This document shows positions 55,401 through 64,000 of a DNA stretch of 64,000 bases, one piece after another. The notes under the pieces are model-generated. The model searched no databases and was not told the DNA's origin. It saw only the letters and a program-made list of their open reading frames with translations. A program made the position numbers and the translations under genes. Within the stretch, counting starts at the first letter, position 1. The number at the start of each line of letters is the position of its first letter. This stretch comes from Tubulanus polymorphus (lineage: Eukaryota; Animalia; Nemertea), in the NCBI RefSeq assembly GCF_964204645.1, contig NC_134028.1, positions 3,658,001 through 3,722,000 of the forward strand, given 5' to 3'.

Positions 55401-56427
55401 AATATGCTCTCATTTATGGCGGCCGATTAGTCACGTGAGTGGACATCGTGCATTAATTTCTTAAGCCGATTCGTCAATATGGATTTTACGCAGTGCATGT
55501 GCAATGTTTTTTTTTTGGTTATGAATCGGCTTGGAAAATAATGGACGATAGACATCACTAATTTAGCCAACATACTTACAGAATATCTTATTTTGAACAG
55601 CTAAAAATCACTGCTTCCACGGGGTGTGTTCATACTACTGCGACACTTCACACGCATTTTGCGGCAATCCGGACACGATAGAAGGTTCTCTTTGCGCGTA
55701 TCTGCCCAGCAAGGACGTGGCGCAACGAAAAAACTGGCGAAATCCTTGGAAGCGTTCGTATAGCAAACACAAACAAGCCGCATGGGAGACTGACTCCTCG
55801 TATTGTAAGCAGGTACAACAAACTCCGCCCTACAACAAGGGACGCCGCCTTCTTGATTTGATAGATTTAGCAGTATTTGATTATCTTACAGGTAAGCTTT
55901 AAGTTGACAAATTTCATGAATCTGTGTACTGTGTTATTGCGACATTAAGTGACGTGTCCCGGGGACGTGTCTGTTTTTCATTTAGGTAACATGGATCGTC
56001 ATCACTACGAAACATTCCTAGATTTTGGCAACGATACTTTTCTACTTCATCTAGATCAAGGGAGAGCGTAAGTCGACGAAATAGATCTACCCACAGGAAG
56101 GGATACAGAAATACTGAACATTCTAATTTCATCGTTCATTTTAGGTTTGGAAAATCGTTACACGACGAAACGTCAATTTTGGCTCCGCTTTATCAATGCT
56201 GTTATATCAGAGCTTCCACGTGGCAAAAGCTGAAGTTCTTACGGAATTCGCCAGTCAAATTGAGCGATTTGATGCAAAAATCTCTGACCAGAGACGTCAT
56301 CAATCCGGTGCTACTAGAGCCCCATCTATTGGCGTTAGATAGAAGAATAATAAAAATATTGAGGATGGTGAAGGGGTGTATTAGAGCTCACGGCGAGAAA
56401 ACTGTGGTGATCGATGACGGATTTTGA
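52473..56427 (+). CDS. FAM20C: Extracellular/Golgi Ser/Thr kinase FAM20C, 7 coding exons
   Basis: Exons 52473-52885 (N-terminal TM), 53297-53420, 53652-53731 (GGTQLK...KPMR), 54363-54568 ([29 protein letters not shown]), 55601-55891 ([16 protein letters not shown]...WRNPWKRSY), 55986-56067 ([11 protein letters not shown]...HLDQGR) and 56145-56427. Confidence 0.95.
52947..53087. mobile_element. Short MITE related to the 24.8-27.2 kb foldback element, in FAM20C intron
   Basis: Termini TCCAGTTTTCTAGGCGCCATGTTGTGGCGGT...GGGACCGCTACAAAACATGGCACCAAGAAACTGGAAACTT resemble the TIR at 24811/27190. Confidence 0.75.
54773..54910. mobile_element. MITE in FAM20C intron
   Basis: ~40-bp inverted termini TAGTTTATTTGACGCACGAGCTTTCGCTACTA / TAGTAGCGAAAGCTCGTGCGTCAAATAAACTA with TATA flanks. 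Confidence 0.8.
55261..55337. repeat. Near-perfect ~77-bp hairpin in FAM20C intron
   Basis: caaaacccacagttgatgattaaaccatttattttctg-t-cagaaaataaatggtttgatcatcaactttgggctttg. Confidence 0.75.
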
Positions 56428-56596
56428 TGAACGCTTCGAAATCAAAAACCGATATAAATGTCTCAAAAATTTATTTTTAATAATGTATAATTTATATTGA
56501 ATAAATTCTATCGTTTTGATAAAAAGTGAAATATTCGAACGACCATCGAGTGCTGTCCACGACGTCATGATCAACGACGATACGTGTATCCACATT

Positions 56597-56990
56597 CAGG
56601 GTCCCTACAGATCAGTCATTCCTTGATTTAAGGAGTTTTGAAGGAGAAAATCTCAAATTTCGAGGACGTGTCTACAAGCTACAGCTTTCATATCCCAATT
56701 ACAGTCGACACCTCCTAAATCGGTACTACTTATCTCGGTAAACCGTTGATTCAGTGGTTCTTATGCGCTATCTAAACTCGTTCTGATTCAGTAACCCCCT
56801 GGTAAAATCTTAGTCCCAACGGTCCCGATTTAGGCGCACTGTACAACTACAAACTAGACAAAAATTTCTGATTGCCTATTTTTCACAAATGAGTTTTCAA
56901 GGAATTTCGGGAGTTTTGTTCAAATGAAAGTAGTTTCAAGCATTTTCCAATTAGGAGTGTTTAAGGATTCGAGAAGTTGTAGAGACCCTG
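56597..56990. mobile_element. CAGGGT-ended (hAT-like) MITE containing a nested Tc1/mariner-type MITE (56702-56841)
   Basis: Outer CAGGGTCCCTACA...TGTAGAGACCCTG. Inner TA|CAGT..CCTAAATCGG...CCGATTTAGG..ACTG|TA. Confidence 0.65.
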
Positions 56991-57573
56991 ACGTATCAGT
57001 GCAATCACAAGCGTCACCGTATAGCTATTATAGATACGGTTTTCAAAATCAAAAATCTAAAAATGAACTTTACATAGTGCGTGTAAAGCACGTTAAAAAC
57101 AAGAACACATTTCGAAAAATTCAGCAAAAAAAACGTAATGCACAGTGTATGCTTTACAATTTAACTATCGCAAAATAAAACGCCACCTAGTGAACAAATA
57201 AAGATACCAGCAGCCTTGAAACTCACCACAATGTTGAAAATGATACTTAAAAGATCCCATCTCGAACGTGTTTAGCCCACCCAAAGTCGCAGGACAGACA
57301 TACGACCGACCAACACATTTTTACGTTGATAATGATGGGCCCAAGGGAGATAATTATTAAGCTCAGAAATCAAGACCATTAATTGATCAAACGTTATCTT
57401 TGGGTTGCAGACGTGTCTAGAGAAGATACATCAAACATCAGGACAATAAAAGAAAGCGTATAAAAAAAGTTCCAAAAATAAACCCGATTCTGTCAAGGGA
57501 CGGATGAAAAGTGAGCGCAAAAACGAATGTAACCCACGTGGCTCGTTCAGGAGAGCGTTTTATTCAGAACGTA

Positions 57574-59188
57574 TCATACATTTTGTTCGTGATATTTAGC
57601 GATCGTGTAGAGAACGCCGCCGACGAGATTCGCGCCTATACCGATGGCTGTCGGGGTGTTGACTGCAACGCCACCGAACGAAAACATTCCGATGATTGTC
57701 GACAGTACACTTTTTATGATGCCGACTACCGACGTAGTCAGAGCGGAGTTGTAAGTCGTGCATAAGAACATACTATAATTTAATAAAGCACCAACGGAGA
57801 TCATTAGACTAATTAAAATATAAACAGTTAACGGTACTGTGGAGGCCTCCTCGAAGAAATTCATAATACCAGTCAATTCTCTTTTGAAAATGGCCCATAA
57901 AATCAGCACAGGTAAAGTGTTTATGCTAATGAGTTGTAGAGTCTCGGCTACCGTTAATTTGTCGGAATGTTTCTGCACCAAAGTCAAGTACATCGCCTGA
58001 GTTAAACTGCTACCCAGACCGCACGCGTAGGCGTATAAGTTAAACGTTAAATCACCATAACCTGAAATATAAATCAAAAAATGTGCACGATGTAAAAACA
58101 TAAGTCAATATGATATAGAATCTACAGTCCGACTCTAGATCAGAATCATCAAATGAAGTTAAAGATTCTAAATTATCTTTTTTGATCTTAAAATTGTCTT
58201 ACCCGCTAGAATGCAGCCTCCGGTCATCAATAAGATGGCGATCACAATTCGCTTAGAAGGCCGGCCTTTATCGAGCATAAATATACCAAGTACGAGAATG
58301 GCCAACGGGGCCATTCGTTTTATCACTCCATACATAGGAATATTCATAGATGACAGAGCAGTCAACCCTAGAACTGCATTGGACGCGTAGAACATCGACG
58401 GAAGTAAGAAACCTCGACATCTCGCAACGCTTAATGGCGGAAGTTTCACGTGTCCCAGAACGTTCAGACATGATAGAATTAAGATGACAAATGTCATCTG
58501 GAACGCTAGAATAGACGCGGGGAATTTGAATTCGTATGTCGAGAGTAAAGCTTTGTTCACGAACGCCATCGACATAGAACAACCGCCATATAACAACGCT
58601 GCCATTATTCCTGCCAACCGGACGTATGTTGAACCGATCTCGAGTCCTGAAGAAAAGAGAGCAAGCGATATTCATAAATTTTTCTTATCAAAATTTTAAT
58701 TCCAGCTAGAATTTAACGTGATAAAGCAGGTTTGCCTGTGTTCGCTACAGTATAATTGGGAAAGATTTTCGTTTTACGCGTAGTGAACAGTAGGCTACAC
58801 GAAAGCAACTCTACGCGCGGGGCGTCACACACTGCAGGTGATCCTCTGACGCACGCTTCGCGGAAAATCGAGCCGCCGGCATACGGGTTAACCGCTACAC
58901 ATGTATTATCACACTACTACGGCACTGGTATGATATACACACACCAATACTAAGCATAGCCTCTACTACTAATAGTCAATCTGTGCTAGGCTAGCAAACA
59001 AATGCCATTCGATTCAGGCCGCGCTGACCAAGACTTGCGTAATGATCAAGACCGATTGCTGTGATTCAGAACTTACCTTTCGTTTTGGCAGTGATTACAT
59101 GGTCTTTGATGGCCTGTTTTTCTTCGTCGATGTCACGTCCGGACGTCGTTTTGCCATCGTTCGTCATCGCGTCCTGATGTGGAGACAT
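57574..59188 (-). CDS. SLC35D3: Nucleotide-sugar transporter, SLC35D family (SLC35D3-like), 3 exons
   Basis: Exons ~59188-59077, ~58646-58203 and ~58061-57574. Motifs YGGCSMSMAFVNK, MNIPMYGVIKR and LNYSMFLCTTYNSALTTSVVGIIKS; multi-pass hydrophobic profile. Confidence 0.85.
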
Positions 59189-60006
59189 CCTTAGTACCTA
59201 ATTATAGTTTGTACATAACGCGTATATCAACTCAGTACTATAGGCATACAACACTGTCGACATTCCTTTTCGCGGGCGCACAACACGTTATAATGCGGGT
59301 ATTCTTCTAGACCAAATCGGCATTAAATTCAACGCAAGTGCGCGCGTATACGCATACAGCGTTTGTATCGATCACTCTGGCAGACGGCGCCGAGGTTGCT
59401 ACGATACAGCGCGACAATAAACGAAGCGATGGCTTTGGAAAGCAGGGTGACAGGCTTTTCGAACACGGAGGGGGAGTTGAGACCCCTAACCCCCTTGAAT
59501 CTGCCCGTGGGTGGGGTAAGTTATGTGCCATAACCGCTTCATGAACAACAAAAACAAAAACAAAAACAACAACAGAATTTCTAAAAAACATAACATTTTT
59601 TCGATGTCGTGTCCATTACCTTGAAGCGGGAATACAAAATATAATTGTTTAGATTTAATGCACAAAATTATCTTTTTAAGAACAACACAGCGGTCCTTTA
59701 AAGGCAATATGACAATATGAAATAAATTGACTTTGTATTTAAATCCTATGTACATTATATCAATATATGCACGAATTTCAGTTAAACTGTACCAAATTTT
59801 AAAAAACAAATTGTCAAAATGCGTCAACAAAACGTTACATTGGACCAATTGTAATACAACATAGAAACAAAACATGATTATATATTAACATATTTAGGAC
59901 GCTGGCGAACCTAGAGTCTATAGCAATGTTGTTATAATCCTATACAAACAATACTCTCAATTGGGCGGCTTGTACGTACAAGTTTTCTCTATGACATATT
60001 CGGGGT

Positions 60007-62670
<2,664 letters not shown>

Positions 62671-62961
62671 CTGAAATCATACAAAGAGTACATGTATGTC
62701 GCGACAACATAGCCTACTTGCTGTCACTTTATCCAGGCATATAAATATCATGACTATCCGTTCATACAGAGCCGATGTGAAGATGGTGAAGTCAATAATA
62801 TTGTAAAAAATGTATGCGTATGCTTGCTGCATTGGGTGCAACTGAGTTGAATAAAGGTTTCTTAGGTTACCAACTGTCGAATGAATTATAACTGACATGG
62901 GCTGATTTATTTACTTCCAAGAATCAGATAATTCGACATGCCGCCAAATCTCAAATGAATA

Positions 62962-63477
62962 ATGCATGCATTAAATTTAAGCGAAGAACAACAGGAATCA
63001 ATGGCCACATTCAGTCCAACATCGGTGAAATTCGACTTGGGAAAAACATCTCGTGTCAGCATCGGTACTTTGAGACGGCTGAACTTCGACATTTCAAAAA
63101 TTACAGCCGATTACATGAGCATCATTGAACGAACCACAAAGCTTATCGATGGAGCGAGAAATATGCGAGGAGAAGTGATAAAACTGAAAAACGATTATCG
63201 TACAGCGGAATCGAACCTCGAACGGGTATCTAACAAGGGTAAGATAGTGTTTTCAATTGCCAAACAATACCGCATACAGTTAGATGAAACCCTGTACTTG
63301 TCGAGACTCACGAAGAAAATGCGTTCGCTTGGAGACCGCATGGATGCCAAAGCGCTGATTATCCATACTGACGACTTACAGCAGATTGCAGAAATCTATA
63401 AAGACGTGGATTTGGACAAACACGAAATGGATCGCATTGACAAGCATTGGAAAGAATCTATTGATAGACATATCTGA
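62962..63477 (+). CDS. Uncharacterised 171 aa intronless helical/coiled-coil ORF, antisense to the adaptor gene
   Basis: Long stop-free ORF in AT-rich DNA with charged, heptad-like composition. No recognised family. Confidence 0.45.
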   Translation: MHALNLSEEQQESMATFSPTSVKFDLGKTSRVSIGTLRRLNFDISKITADYMSIIERTTKLIDGARNMRGEVIKLKNDYRTAESNLERVSNKGKIVFSIAKQYRIQLDETLYLSRLTKKMRSLGDRMDAKALIIHTDDLQQIAEIYKDVDLDKHEMDRIDKHWKESIDRHI

Positions 63478-64000
63478 TGTACTGAACCCCAACTTAATCT
63501 AAAGTATTCATACGTCACAATGTCATACGTATATACAAAAATGAAGCTGTCTTGATGGCAAACCAGTAACTTACATACCATTTTACCAGAAATCCCATCA
63601 TTATACTATGTTTAGCAGGGGCCCGTTTCATTTATTCGGCAAAGGTTTTTACTATCACATTTAATTCCCTGAACTCACCCTGAACTTGTTTTTACGCCAA
63701 TATTCGCCACCTTTGTCATCTGTGTGCTCAGTTGTCAATTTGAATTCGAACCATCCTTTTTTGGTAGAAGATTTCACTTGTGAATTCACATTCAACTCAA
63801 GCTGACCGATCTTATGACGAGAGAAGATATATATAGATTATTTTCGGTTTATCTATTAATTTCATGAGCTATCAGAAATATTTCTCTTAAACGTATCAAG
63901 ATAAGCGTATTATGGCAAGATCTAATATTCAATACATATAGTTAGAATACAGTTTGAATACATATAGTTTGAAATACCTTTTCGTCAGAAGTAGAATTTT

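Noticed and set aside
52473-56427. Functional link between FAM20C (secretory kinase) and the neighbouring secreted-protein cluster
   Set aside because: Only proximity (15 kb) supports it. FAM20C is single-copy and was not part of the duplications.

Overview
AT-rich genomic DNA from an intron-containing animal, probably a marine invertebrate. The species cannot be determined from the sequence. There are no bacterial features, CRISPR arrays or rRNA/tRNA genes. The left 37 kb is a recently amplified and rearranged cluster of three gene types. (1) Five apparently intact copies of a ~10-exon secreted protein with the layout signal peptide, two ShK toxin (ShKT) domains, a zinc metalloprotease and a C-terminal six-Cys chitin-binding (peritrophin-A/CBM14)-like domain. 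The protease motif HEFAH...Y...EFF has the same spacing as anthrax lethal factor. (2) One intact intronless rhodopsin-class GPCR and three pseudogene copies. (3) Two intact two-domain thyroglobulin type-1 (thyropin-like) secreted proteins plus remnants. The cluster grew by a ~6 kb tandem duplication and a ~15 kb inverted duplication, and the paralogs are mosaics of one another. The right side holds FAM20C (+), an SLC35D3-like nucleotide-sugar transporter (-) and a PH+SH2 STAP-like adaptor (-) with an antisense ORF nested in its 5' region. There are many MITEs, a 2.4 kb foldback element, Penelope-like insertions with hammerhead-ribozyme cores, and (TA)n microsatellites. Exon boundaries were read by eye from GT-AG sites and paralog comparison.
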